Below are positions 49,025 to 58,671 of a stretch of DNA of 64,000 nucleotides, piece by piece. The stretch lies in the IMG/VR virus record IMGVR_UViG_3300044652_000032, positions 31,183-95,182 of that record, one strand, 5' to 3'. Origin of the DNA: a virus (taxonomy: Duplodnaviria; Caudoviricetes). A program made the translations under genes and the position numbers. Every line of letters begins with the position of its first letter. Position 1 is the stretch's first letter. The notes under the pieces are model-generated. The model saw only the letters and a list, made by a program, of their open reading frames with translations, had not been told where the DNA came from and searched no databases.

Positions 49025-49708
49025 GTGAGACAGATGAAGAAGGACAAGACGTTCATAGGCTTCGTGTTGGACCGCAGCGGGAGCATGGAGTCCATCCGCG
49101 ACGACACCATCGGCGGGTTCAACGCCTTCGTCGAGGAGCAGAAGAGGGTGGCGGGCGAGTGCACGATGACGCTCCTTCAGTTTGACGACCGATTTGAGAC
49201 GCCGTTCGCCGACCAGCCCATACACAAGGTGCGCCCGCTCACGCGCGACAGCTACGTTCCGCGCGCCAGCACCGCACTGCTAGACGCCATTGGCAAGATG
49301 ATTACGGAGACGGGCGCGCGGCTCAAGGCTCTGCCCGAAGACGAGCGTCCGGAGAAGGTCGTCATCGTCATCCTGACCGACGGCTACGAGAACGCGAGCC
49401 GCGAGTACACGGCGGCGAGGATCAACGAGATGATCGCGCACCAGCGCGACGTGTACCGTTGGGAGTTCACGTTCCTCGGTGCGAATCAAGATGCCATCAC
49501 GAGCGCCGCGGCGCTCGGCATACCCGCGCACTCCTCGGTTTCGTTCGCGTCGTCGGGCGCGGGCGTGAGCAACGTCGTGCGATCTATGTCCGCGAACATA
49601 GCCTCGTACCGCTTCGGCACGTCCGCCAACGTCAGCTACTCGGACGAGGATCGCGATGCAGCCATGTCCGACGCCGACGAGCAGTGGGCCAATTCGTCGT
49701 CCAAGTAG
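49025..49708 (+). CDS. von Willebrand factor A domain protein
   Basis: MIDAS DRSGS, TALLDAIG, ILTDGYENAS. Confidence 0.9.
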   Translation: MRQMKKDKTFIGFVLDRSGSMESIRDDTIGGFNAFVEEQKRVAGECTMTLLQFDDRFETPFADQPIHKVRPLTRDSYVPRASTALLDAIGKMITETGARLKALPEDERPEKVVIVILTDGYENASREYTAARINEMIAHQRDVYRWEFTFLGANQDAITSAAALGIPAHSSVSFASSGAGVSNVVRSMSANIASYRFGTSANVSYSDEDRDAAMSDADEQWANSSSK

Positions 49709-49723
49709 TTCCGTTCTTTGAGA

Positions 49724-49998
49724 TGCCAGACCGCGGCCATTGAGGGCGAACGGCTCGGCGTCGAAGGCCAACGGCGGTTGGCTGACCCGACGTAAACGGT
49801 AGGGCGTCGCGCTGACTGGGACGCCGACCGTTTGAGCGACCTGAAGCCGCGGTCTGGTAACGATGTGCGGGGCGTGCGGCCTCGGGTCGCGTAATGAGCG
49901 CCGGTCGGGGTGTCGGAACCTACTTGCCTCGTGAATTGAGCGCGACGACCTAAGCTTGCCGGCGCGTCTTTCGGGTCCAGCCGAGGCCAGCCCCGCAC
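49724..49998 (+). ncRNA. Candidate two-domain structured ncRNA (~275 nt; strand assumed)
   Basis: Nested stems 49724-49737/49846-49859, 49865-49885/49981-49998, 49898-49904/49959-49965. Confidence 0.5.
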
Positions 49999-50048
49999 GC
50001 CACAAACTTTGAGAAGGAGGACGATGTCCTAATAGTCGTTACACCGCT

Positions 50049-50465
50049 ATGCCACACAAACAGTCAGATGCGACGCCGCCCACGGCCATGCTGCCCTTTA
50101 TGGAGCAGGAGCGCGCGGTGGACTACGCCGACGCCGACCGCAAGGCCGCGAATCCGTCGGGGTACGCTGCCACGAAGCCGAGCCGTCCGGCCTTCCCCGG
50201 CCCCGCCTACCGTGAAGAGTTCGACTACGAGCGGCTGACGGGGCAGATGGCGGCGGTGTACCGCGTGATGAAGGACGGGCGCAAGCGGACTATTCGTGAG
50301 GTGCGCGACGAAGTAGGTAAAGGCTCGGAGACGGGAATAGCGGCGGCAATACGCGCCTTGCGCAAGCCGGAGTACGGCTCGCACCGTATTGAGAAGGAGC
50401 GCGTGGGCGACCCGCGCAGCGGATTGTGGGCCTATTACATGATAGTGGAAGGAGAGAAAGCCTGA
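50049..50465 (+). CDS. Winged-helix protein
   Basis: VYRVMKDGRKRTIREV...SETGIAAAIRALRK. Confidence 0.6.
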   Translation: MPHKQSDATPPTAMLPFMEQERAVDYADADRKAANPSGYAATKPSRPAFPGPAYREEFDYERLTGQMAAVYRVMKDGRKRTIREVRDEVGKGSETGIAAAIRALRKPEYGSHRIEKERVGDPRSGLWAYYMIVEGEKA

Positions 50466-51598
50466 TGGAGTTTTCAATAAAGAGAGACAACCTGAGTCGT
50501 GAGCTGGGCGCGCTGGCAGCCGTCCCTCTCAAGAACTCGCCGCTACCGATCCTCGAGTGCGTGCACATCGAGGCGCTGGCCGGGCACCGTTTGCGGCTGA
50601 CGGCCACCAGCCTGCAGTCCACGCTGACCTGCGAGGTGCAGGCCGACTCCGTCGTGGAGGAGGGTGCCGTGTGCGTCACAGTCCGGCGACTGGCCGACCT
50701 CGTGCGGCTGATGCCCGAGGGGCTGCTCACCGTGAGCACGGACGCGCAGGACTACCTCGTGGTCAAGGGCCAGCGCAGCCGCCACCGTCTCCCCGCCATG
50801 AGCGCGGACGCTTGGCCGCCGCAGGCCGTGCCCGCCCCGGACGCACTGTGGACGGAGGTGCCCGCCGGACGGCTCCGCGCCTTGCTCAAGGGCGTGGAGT
50901 TCGCCGTCGCCCCCGAGGAGGACAGCAAGTTCAACCTGCGCGGCGTCAAGATGGAGATAGAGGGCAATCGGATGCGGATGGTGGCCACGGACGGCCACCG
51001 TCTATCGATGGCCGAGTCGGGGCTGGACGTGCTGACGCTGGCGGACGCCGATGTGCTGGTGCCGGAGCACGGCACGCAAGACCTCGCGCGTCTGCTGGGC
51101 GACGAGGAGCCTGAGCAGATGGTAGGCGTTGCGGCGTCGGCCAACAAGCTGTTCTTCCGCGCCGGAGCGCGCCTGCTGGCCGTCACGCTGCTGGTGGGCG
51201 AGTTCCCGGAATACCGTGGCATCCTCAAAGAGTACGGCAAGTACACGTCGGCGGCCAACTTCCCCGCCGACGACCTCAACGGTGCCGTCAGGCGCGCGCT
51301 GTTGGCTGCGGACGGCAAGAGCGCTGCGGTGCGCTTCCGCTTCGACGCCGGCATGCTGGTCATAAGGGCGCAGACGCAGGAGAGCGGCGAGGCCGAGGAG
51401 TTCTTGGTCTCGGACTGGACGGGCGAGGACGGCGCGCACCTCTCGGTCAACGCCAAGTTCCTTTTGGAGTTCCTCTCGGCGGTGCAGGACGTGCGCTGGG
51501 AGTGCGGCGGGCCGCGCGACGCCCTCCACCTCGTCGGCACGAACAAGGAGGGTCTGCAGGTGCGGTATGTGCTCATGCCGCTGGACGTTCCGGAATAG
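50465..51598 (+). CDS. dnaN: DNA polymerase sliding clamp (beta subunit)
   Basis: LPILECV, MVATDGHRL, GEFPEYR, NAKFLLEFL, YVLMPL; 377 aa. Confidence 0.93.
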   Translation: MEFSIKRDNLSRELGALAAVPLKNSPLPILECVHIEALAGHRLRLTATSLQSTLTCEVQADSVVEEGAVCVTVRRLADLVRLMPEGLLTVSTDAQDYLVVKGQRSRHRLPAMSADAWPPQAVPAPDALWTEVPAGRLRALLKGVEFAVAPEEDSKFNLRGVKMEIEGNRMRMVATDGHRLSMAESGLDVLTLADADVLVPEHGTQDLARLLGDEEPEQMVGVAASANKLFFRAGARLLAVTLLVGEFPEYRGILKEYGKYTSAANFPADDLNGAVRRALLAADGKSAAVRFRFDAGMLVIRAQTQESGEAEEFLVSDWTGEDGAHLSVNAKFLLEFLSAVQDVRWECGGPRDALHLVGTNKEGLQVRYVLMPLDVPE

Positions 51599-51605
51599 GA
51601 GGCTG

Positions 51606-52031
51606 ATGATGACGCTGGAGATAACGGCGGAGAGCGCGGGGCCGGACGTGGACGCCCTCGTCCACAAGCACGTGATGGGCGTCGTGGTGGACGAGGCGCG
51701 CTGCCGCGAGTGCGGGTGGTACATGGCCGAACGCCCCGAAGAGGGGTGCGTGCCCGGCAACTGCAGTATGCGCCCGAAGCCGTGCGGCTACGGCCAGCCT
51801 CCGCCCTACACGGCAGACCTGCGCCTCGACCACGAGGTCTTGAAGCACGTGACCGCGACGTGGGCGTTGGAGCAGCGGGCGCTATTCTGGACGGCGCTGG
51901 AGCAGAGTCTGTACGCACGTATGGGCCTCGGCAACTTGAACGAAGCCTTCGCGCCACTGCCCTTGATCAGCTACTATCAACCGGGCGACTTTTCACGGGC
52001 GGCACTCCGAGCCTTAGGAAAAAACGAGTGA
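51606..52031 (+). CDS. Phage ABA-sandwich-like protein
   Basis: AGPDVDALVHKHVMG...PPYTAD...SRAAL. Confidence 0.5.
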   Translation: MMTLEITAESAGPDVDALVHKHVMGVVVDEARCRECGWYMAERPEEGCVPGNCSMRPKPCGYGQPPPYTADLRLDHEVLKHVTATWALEQRALFWTALEQSLYARMGLGNLNEAFAPLPLISYYQPGDFSRAALRALGKNE

Positions 52032-53389
52032 GCCAGCAGAGCACAGAACTGGAGTGGTACGGGTGCTTCGACCGCCCGTGGGCGCGCGACCGCGATATCG
52101 TGGCCGAGGCATTCGCGCACCCGGCGAAGTACGCGCGCAACCTCATCTTCAAGATTTACGAGCACGCCCACGCCAAGAACTGGCTCCGTGCAGGAGATTC
52201 GGTACTCGACCCCTTCGGCGGAGTGGCCATGGGCGGGCTGCCCGCCTACCTGCTCGGCGCACACTGGACGGGCGTGGAACTCGAAGAGAAGTTCGTGCGT
52301 CTGGGCGAGCGCAACATCCAGTTGTGGATGGGCCAGTACTCCATGCTCGGCACGGTCGGCTCGGCAAGGTTGCTGCGGGGCGACTCCCGCTGCCTGTTGG
52401 ACGTTATCGGCAACGACTACTCGCTGGCAGCGAGTAGTCCTCCTTACACCGCCAACGTCAAGGGCGACTACGACCCCGAAGGCCGTGACGATCGCCGCGA
52501 AGCTGAGCAAGGGCGCGGCTGCTTCCGAGGCAGCGAGAGTTATGGCGAGTCCGAGGGGCAGATGGGGCGCATGACCGAAGGCGACTTCGGTATGGCGGTA
52601 AGTTCACCGCCATACAACGGCGACGCCGAATCGGGTGAGCGCCACCGCGAACGCGAGGAGCGTCGTGCGGCTGTGGGGCACCGCAATAGACTCGATGAAA
52701 ATTCGTCCGGCGGTTTTAACGGCGGCAGGGATTACGGCACGGAGGGTGGTCAACTCGGGACGATGTCGGAGGGGTCGTTCAGCGCCGCCGTGTCGAGTCC
52801 GCCGTATGCCGACGGCTGCCGGCACACGGGAGGCGAGGACACAGCCCCCGCGCACATCGAGGGGAGCAAGACTACGGCGTACGGTGCCGACTACGGGGTG
52901 GCGATTTCATCGCCACCCTACGATAAGAGCGGGACGCACCCTAATCTAGTTAAGGACGACGAGTGGGGCAAAGCCGGAAGCGATATCATGGCGCGTCAGC
53001 CGGAAGATCGTCGCGAGGGCTACGTCGGTTCGGAGGGGCAGATGGGCGGAGCCGACGACTTCTGGAGCGCTGCGCGCCTCGTGCTGGAGCAGACCTACGC
53101 CGCGCTGAAGCCCAACGGCCACGCCATCTTCGTCTGCAAGCGTTACGTCCGTAACCGTGAGATTGTGGAGTTCCCGCAGCAGTGGGCCGAGCTGTGCCGC
53201 GCCGTGGGCTTCAAGGACGAGTGCTGGCACCGTGCGTGGTTCACGCGCGAGCACGGCACGCAGCTCGGCTTGCTCGGCGAGGATAAGGAGATCCGCACGC
53301 AGAAGAAGTCGTTCTTCAGGGCGTTAGCCGAGAAGCACGGAAGCCCCAGAATTGACTGGGAAGACGTGATGTGTTTTAGTAAGGATTGA
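52028..53389 (+). CDS. Amino (N4-C/N6-A) DNA methyltransferase with four tandem SSPPY modules
   Basis: HPAK, VLDPFGG (motif I), GVELE, GDSR, SSPPY x4, LKPNG. Confidence 0.85.
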   Translation: MSQQSTELEWYGCFDRPWARDRDIVAEAFAHPAKYARNLIFKIYEHAHAKNWLRAGDSVLDPFGGVAMGGLPAYLLGAHWTGVELEEKFVRLGERNIQLWMGQYSMLGTVGSARLLRGDSRCLLDVIGNDYSLAASSPPYTANVKGDYDPEGRDDRREAEQGRGCFRGSESYGESEGQMGRMTEGDFGMAVSSPPYNGDAESGERHREREERRAAVGHRNRLDENSSGGFNGGRDYGTEGGQLGTMSEGSFSAAVSSPPYADGCRHTGGEDTAPAHIEGSKTTAYGADYGVAISSPPYDKSGTHPNLVKDDEWGKAGSDIMARQPEDRREGYVGSEGQMGGADDFWSAARLVLEQTYAALKPNGHAIFVCKRYVRNREIVEFPQQWAELCRAVGFKDECWHRAWFTREHGTQLGLLGEDKEIRTQKKSFFRALAEKHGSPRIDWEDVMCFSKD

Positions 53390-53411
53390 TACTTCAAAAG
53401 GAGGACAAAGG

Positions 53412-54176
53412 ATGAGTACGAACGTAGAGCAACCGAAGCAGGGCACGCTGGCTCTCAACGTCGAGGTCAAGTCCGCCAAGGACTTGAAGTTCAAGGAAAA
53501 CAACACGCGCCTCCACGATAAAAAGAATCTGGAGGCGATAGAGAAGTCCGTGGAGGAGACGGGCTTCAACCGCAGCATCTTCATAGACGAGGACGGCACG
53601 GCACTGGCCGGTAACGGCACGCTGCAGATAGCGCAGAAGCGCGACGCCAAGGTCATCATCGTTGACGTCGAGGACGAGAACACGGTGGTGGCCGTCCGCA
53701 AGCGCGGAATGACCCCGCTGGAGAAGGAGCGCGCCGGGCTGTGGGACAACCGTGCGTCCGATTTGAGCAAGAACGACAAGAAGGCGATTGCCCGTCTCAC
53801 GCAGCAGCAGCCCGCGCAGATGCTGCTCGGCGGCATCTTCACCGAGAAGGAGCAGGAGAAGCTGCTCAAGGCGCAGGCCGACGCCCTGCCCCTCGGCGCT
53901 GGCGGCAAGGACGACGCCGAGCGGGAGACGCAGAACGCGGCGGTGCGCGGCGACAGCACTGTACGCATGGTCAGTCTCTTCCTGACGACCGCCGAGGGCG
54001 AGCTGAACCACGGCGACTTCGTCCGGCGGGTGCGCGCCCTGCAGTCCTCGCTCTTCCCCGAAGCCAAGACCATTACGGACGCCGTCGTGGCGATAGTCAA
54101 CCGCGCGCGCGACGAGTGGCTGCGTAAGGACTCGGAGGAGAACGTCGCCGCCGAAGCGGAAGGCGCGGCTGTCTAA
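53412..54176 (+). CDS. ParB/Srx-like domain protein
   Basis: NTRLH...IEKSVEETGF..SIFIDED..ALAGNG. Confidence 0.75.
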   Translation: MSTNVEQPKQGTLALNVEVKSAKDLKFKENNTRLHDKKNLEAIEKSVEETGFNRSIFIDEDGTALAGNGTLQIAQKRDAKVIIVDVEDENTVVAVRKRGMTPLEKERAGLWDNRASDLSKNDKKAIARLTQQQPAQMLLGGIFTEKEQEKLLKAQADALPLGAGGKDDAERETQNAAVRGDSTVRMVSLFLTTAEGELNHGDFVRRVRALQSSLFPEAKTITDAVVAIVNRARDEWLRKDSEENVAAEAEGAAV

Positions 54177-54188
54177 GGGAGGCACGGG

Positions 54189-55160
54189 ATGCGTACTATT
54201 ACGGTAGAGGCGGCGTTGACCGACCGCGAGTGCGAGGCGCGGCTGGGTACCTTCGTTGACGAGCACGACTACGACCACGTTGTCACGGGCGAGAGCGTGA
54301 CGGTGCTCAAGCCGGACGGACGACCCTTGCTCGTGTACGTGCACGACGTTTTGCCCCGCTCGCTGTGCGAGGCCGCGTTCGCTGTCTTCAAGACCGTGGA
54401 CTATGAGGGCGGCGGGAGCAACCGCGGGTACGCCTCCGGCATACTGACGAACGATGACCTCGACCGCACGGAGGGTGCACCCGACACCGTCCTCATCCGC
54501 GAGGGGAGCACCCGCTACGTCAAAATCAAGCAGGACGGCACCGTCAGCAACACGACGCGCGCAGCGGACAGCCCTACGGCCATCGTCGGCTACTTCGACC
54601 GCGCCGCGCGTTTCCCCTACTGCCGCCAGACTGCCTTTACGATGGAGAACCCGGAGCGCTGGGCCGAGGCCGTCCCGTTCATCCGCGCTGTCAGTGAAGT
54701 CTTCCGTAACTACGCCCCGGAGCAGTACGAGGCGCAGCGCCAGTTCGTGGAGATGTGCCACCCCGACTTCATCATCCCCGGAACAATCTTCTCGACGCTG
54801 ACGCTCAACCGCAACTGGACTACGGCAATTCACAAAGATTCCGGAGATTATTCCTCCGGATTAGGCTGTATGTCCGTCCTTCATGCCGGCGAGTACACGG
54901 GCGGCCTGCTGTGCTTCCCGAAGTACAAGGTGGCGGCGGACATGCGCACCGGAGGAGTCCTGCTCGCGGACGTACATGAGGCCCACGGCAATACGAAAAT
55001 CATCGGTGTACCGGGGCGTCACCTCCGCCTCTCCTGCGTCTTTTATGCACGCACCAACATTATAGAGTGCGGTTCGATGGAGTTCGAGCTGGAGCGTGCC
55101 AAGCGCGTGGGCGACCGTCTGGCAACCGAACACGCCACGGAGCAGCCCAAGTTATTCTGA
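54189..55160 (+). CDS. TET/JBP-family 2OG-Fe(II) dioxygenase
   Basis: GYFDR...CRQTAF, FSTLTLNRN..TAIHKD (HxD), DVHEAHGNT, RLSCVFY. Confidence 0.88.
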   Translation: MRTITVEAALTDRECEARLGTFVDEHDYDHVVTGESVTVLKPDGRPLLVYVHDVLPRSLCEAAFAVFKTVDYEGGGSNRGYASGILTNDDLDRTEGAPDTVLIREGSTRYVKIKQDGTVSNTTRAADSPTAIVGYFDRAARFPYCRQTAFTMENPERWAEAVPFIRAVSEVFRNYAPEQYEAQRQFVEMCHPDFIIPGTIFSTLTLNRNWTTAIHKDSGDYSSGLGCMSVLHAGEYTGGLLCFPKYKVAADMRTGGVLLADVHEAHGNTKIIGVPGRHLRLSCVFYARTNIIECGSMEFELERAKRVGDRLATEHATEQPKLF

Positions 55161-55861
55161 TGCAAAAGACAATCATGCCAGAGCTAACGGTGGACAGACG
55201 CACCGGACTCGTAATTCGGAGTGACCCCGCCTTCCACGACCGCGAGATACTCCGCGAGGTGCGCCACGCCTACCGCAGCGTGCCCGTCCGCCTCGACGAC
55301 GTCATACTCGATCTCGGCGCACACATCGGGGCCAGCGCCTGCTTCTTCGTAGGGCAGGGTGCTCGCCGCGTCGTTGCGGTGGAAGCCAGTCCCGAAAACT
55401 TCGCGCTGCTCGAGCGCAACGCCGAGGGCTGCGCCATCCTTCCCATACACGCCGCCGTGAACGACGACGGATCGCCTGTCACCTTTCACCTCCATCCCAA
55501 GGGCCACGCTGCGATGAACAGCGTGGTGCCGAGTCGCCGACCGCACCGCGAAGTGACGGTGCCCGGCGTGGCGCTGGATTATCTGCTCACGACTTACGAG
55601 CCGACCGTGCTCAAGATGGATATCGAGTGGGCAGAGTACGGACTCTCCGCGCTGCATCGTCTGCCCGACCGCGTCCGTGTTATAGCCGCTGAACTGCACA
55701 TGCTCATGTGGGGTACGAACGAGCGGCGGGAGGAGGCACAGCAACGCGGCTTGGCCTTAGAGGAATCCTTCCTGCGGCAAGGATTCCGATCCTTGTGGCG
55801 CGAGGAGAAGCGCGGACGCTGGAATAGGGTGTACGCCGTATGTGGGACATACGAACGATGA
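55160..55861 (+). CDS. FkbM-family SAM methyltransferase
   Basis: ILDLGAHIG, VAVEA.PEN, LKMDIE.AE. Confidence 0.88.
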   Translation: MQKTIMPELTVDRRTGLVIRSDPAFHDREILREVRHAYRSVPVRLDDVILDLGAHIGASACFFVGQGARRVVAVEASPENFALLERNAEGCAILPIHAAVNDDGSPVTFHLHPKGHAAMNSVVPSRRPHREVTVPGVALDYLLTTYEPTVLKMDIEWAEYGLSALHRLPDRVRVIAAELHMLMWGTNERREEAQQRGLALEESFLRQGFRSLWREEKRGRWNRVYAVCGTYER

Positions 55862-56865
55862 CTATGACGGTTGACCACTGGAAGGGCTTCGTGGACTTCG
55901 CTCGGCTGGACAAGGCGGCGGGCGGCCCCGACTCGCATATGAAGACGGTGGTGCATCTCTCGCACGACGTCTCCGTTGAGGAAAAGGTGTGGCGTGCGGG
56001 GCTGTACGCCGGAACGGTTTACAACGTACCGACTGCCGAGGTTCTTTGGCAACACTGGCCGTGGCACCGCGTCCGTCACATAGACGGGCTGGCGGGGCTG
56101 GAAGCGTGGATAAAGACAAACTGGGACGGCTTCGGCTTCCGCCGCGAGCGGCGTGCCGTCCGCTCCCCGGCCAAGATGGCCGAGAACATCCGTTCGTTGC
56201 GCGACGCGGTGACGGATATCGTCCGGGCGCTGGAGCGCGGGGCGGATTACGGCGGGGTGTGGGACGCGTGCTCACGCGTGAAGTACGTGGGGCGCTACGC
56301 TCTGCTGAAGATGACGGAGACGCTGCGGCAGATGCGGCTGACGGACGCCATAATTCCCGACCTGCGTCCGGAGGGGGGCTGGTCGCCGCGCGAGGGCTTG
56401 AGCCTGTTGTGGACGGATTCTGCGTCCGTGGCGCTCCTCACAGCCGACGGGCCGGACACCGCCGAGCGCCTCCACCGTATCAACCACCTCGCCGCCTCCA
56501 CACAGCACCGCATAGCCGCCGAGTACGGGGTGGAACTGGACAACTACGAGTTCCAAGTCTTCTGCTGCGACTACAAGCAGGCGTGGGCCGGACGGCAGTA
56601 TCCCGGACGCTCCCTCGACTCCGAGCTGGAGTACGCCGCCAAGGTCTGCTCGCACCCTTGGGCCGGGGACTTCGCGCTGGGGATGTGGGAGGCGCGCGCA
56701 GCGCTCTTCCCCGCATGGTCGTTGGGCGAGCGGCAGGGGTGGTCGGGCGTGCGCCCGGAGTTGGGCGAATGCTGGCGACGGCATGGTTATCTTTGGGATG
56801 GTAGTTCCTATGACTACGTTACTACTAGGTCTCTCGCTGAACCGGAGCGGTATGCGGCTGTATAA
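55858..56865 (+). CDS. Amino acid:DNA transferase / aGPT-pyrophosphorylase-like (HhH glycosylase fold)
   Basis: VGRYALLK..E, CDYK, QYPGRSLD, WEARAALFP...GE motifs; context of TET and kinase. Confidence 0.7.
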   Translation: MTMTVDHWKGFVDFARLDKAAGGPDSHMKTVVHLSHDVSVEEKVWRAGLYAGTVYNVPTAEVLWQHWPWHRVRHIDGLAGLEAWIKTNWDGFGFRRERRAVRSPAKMAENIRSLRDAVTDIVRALERGADYGGVWDACSRVKYVGRYALLKMTETLRQMRLTDAIIPDLRPEGGWSPREGLSLLWTDSASVALLTADGPDTAERLHRINHLAASTQHRIAAEYGVELDNYEFQVFCCDYKQAWAGRQYPGRSLDSELEYAAKVCSHPWAGDFALGMWEARAALFPAWSLGERQGWSGVRPELGECWRRHGYLWDGSSYDYVTTRSLAEPERYAAV

Positions 56866-57298
56866 CATCACGCCCGGACTCTTCCTTCGCGGGCACACCC
56901 GACGGCTCGACCCCGAGGTCGTGGTCGTCGCGCTGCGCGAGGCCAACGTGGGGCGCGTGGTCTGCGTGGCACCGACAGCCGACGCGGCACTGCGCGCCCG
57001 CTTGAAGACCACGGACATCGCCTACGAGCACGTCCCGTTTGCGGATGGCGCGCTCGTGCCCGAACATGTGCTCGTTCCGCTGACACGTCGTTTGGCAGAT
57101 GAGCTAAAGACGACGCAGCGGGGCGTACTCGTGCATTGCAACGCGGGACGCAACCGCGGGGCGCTCGTTGCGGCGATGGTGCTGGTGCGATTGGGATGGA
57201 CGGCTGATGCTGCGCTCGCGCAAGTCCGACGGGTGCGTCCCGGCGCACTGGCCAACACCGCCTTCGCGGATTACTTGGCTTCGGGGTGCATCTGGTGA
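56852..57298 (+). CDS. Dual-specificity/PTP-family phosphatase
   Basis: VLVHCNAGRNR (CX5R). Confidence 0.88.
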   Translation: MRLYNITPGLFLRGHTRRLDPEVVVVALREANVGRVVCVAPTADAALRARLKTTDIAYEHVPFADGALVPEHVLVPLTRRLADELKTTQRGVLVHCNAGRNRGALVAAMVLVRLGWTADAALAQVRRVRPGALANTAFADYLASGCIW

Positions 57299-57591
57299 GG
57301 AGGTAATGATGACGGACGTACCGAAAGTGCGCTCGCTCGTTGTAGGCGCTGCGCTGGTGTTAACCCTTTTGATTCTGGCTTGGAGGTGAACCTTATGTTG
57401 ATAGACACGGACAGGATTCGCGAGGTGCGAACCGTTAACGAAAACGGCCACATCACCGTGCGCCTCGGTATGGACGACGGCACGTGGCTCGAGCTGGGCG
57501 CGAAGGGTAGCGTGCACAACTACGTACGCTTCGACGGTCAGCCCGCCGAGCACCGCCGCAGCTTCGATTTCAAACAGGAGGAGCAGCCCGT

Positions 57592-58194
57592 ATGACCCGC
57601 GTGCTCGCCATTACGGGTGTTCCGGGCGTCGGCAAGAGCACCTGCATGCTCAACGTGATAGCCGCTCTCGGCGGACAGGACAGGCGCTCGCGCTACGGCC
57701 TGCTGGACTACGCTGTGTGCCGCAACGTGGCGGTACTCGGCGTGTACGACGACTCGTCTCCATTTGGGGGAACCGATAAATTAGCGATGAACGTGCAGCA
57801 GCACGCCGAGGACTTCGTCCGGCAGGTGGACGCCAACGCCGTCCCGCTCGTGGACGCCATAGCCTTCGAGGGCGACAGGCTCTGCGGGTCAAAATTCCTT
57901 ACGCTCTGCCGCGCCCGTGCCGACACGCGCATCGTCGTGCTGGAGACGGACTCGGCGTTGCTGAAAGACCGGCGCGACCTCCGCTCGTTCGAAGTCGGCA
58001 AGGAGCAGGACGCCACGTGGCTGCGCGGGCGCGAGAGTAAGGTGGCTGGTGTAATAGCCGAGTTCGCAGCCGAGCGTCGCACGGTCAACACGCTCGCGGA
58101 GAACACGACGCTGGCCGGGGAGCTGGCCGCGTGGCTGCGCTACGAGACCACGGTGGAGATACCTCAGCCCGTCAAGACACTACGCCTTTTCTGA
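57592..58194 (+). CDS. P-loop nucleotide kinase (DNA-modification-associated)
   Basis: GVPGVGKST, LGVY, FGGTDKLAMNVQ, FEGDRL. Confidence 0.8.
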   Translation: MTRVLAITGVPGVGKSTCMLNVIAALGGQDRRSRYGLLDYAVCRNVAVLGVYDDSSPFGGTDKLAMNVQQHAEDFVRQVDANAVPLVDAIAFEGDRLCGSKFLTLCRARADTRIVVLETDSALLKDRRDLRSFEVGKEQDATWLRGRESKVAGVIAEFAAERRTVNTLAENTTLAGELAAWLRYETTVEIPQPVKTLRLF

Positions 58195-58671
58195 GGGGAG
58201 GACACTGATGAAACGAGAAGGACTTGCTACCGCGCTCGCCGAAACGGACGCTTTGGGGCGCGACGTGGCCGAACTGGTAATCAACGGCGACATTCTGAAG
58301 TTCGGCGTCGTTGACGCCACGAACTTTCTGCGTGTAGGCAGGGACGCCGTCATCGCGCGGCTCAACTGGCTGGCGCGTCGTGGACTAATAACGCTGCGCG
58401 GGGGCCTGCCCTACTGGGCTGCAGGGCCGGTGTCGGACTTCTTCGCCGTAAGGATAGCGGAGAACTGGAGTTGAACGATGGACATTAACGAGATTCGCGA
58501 GCGCCGCGAGCAGTTGGAGAAGGCCGTCCTGAAGTTGATCCAAGACTTCGAGGAGCAGGCGGACATACAGGTGAAGGAAGTCCGTCTGGACGACCAGCAG
58601 CGGTACCTCGGCGTGGGGCAGTTCCGACGTCGCACGGGGCGCGTACGCATCAGCGCCGGACTGGAGGACAG

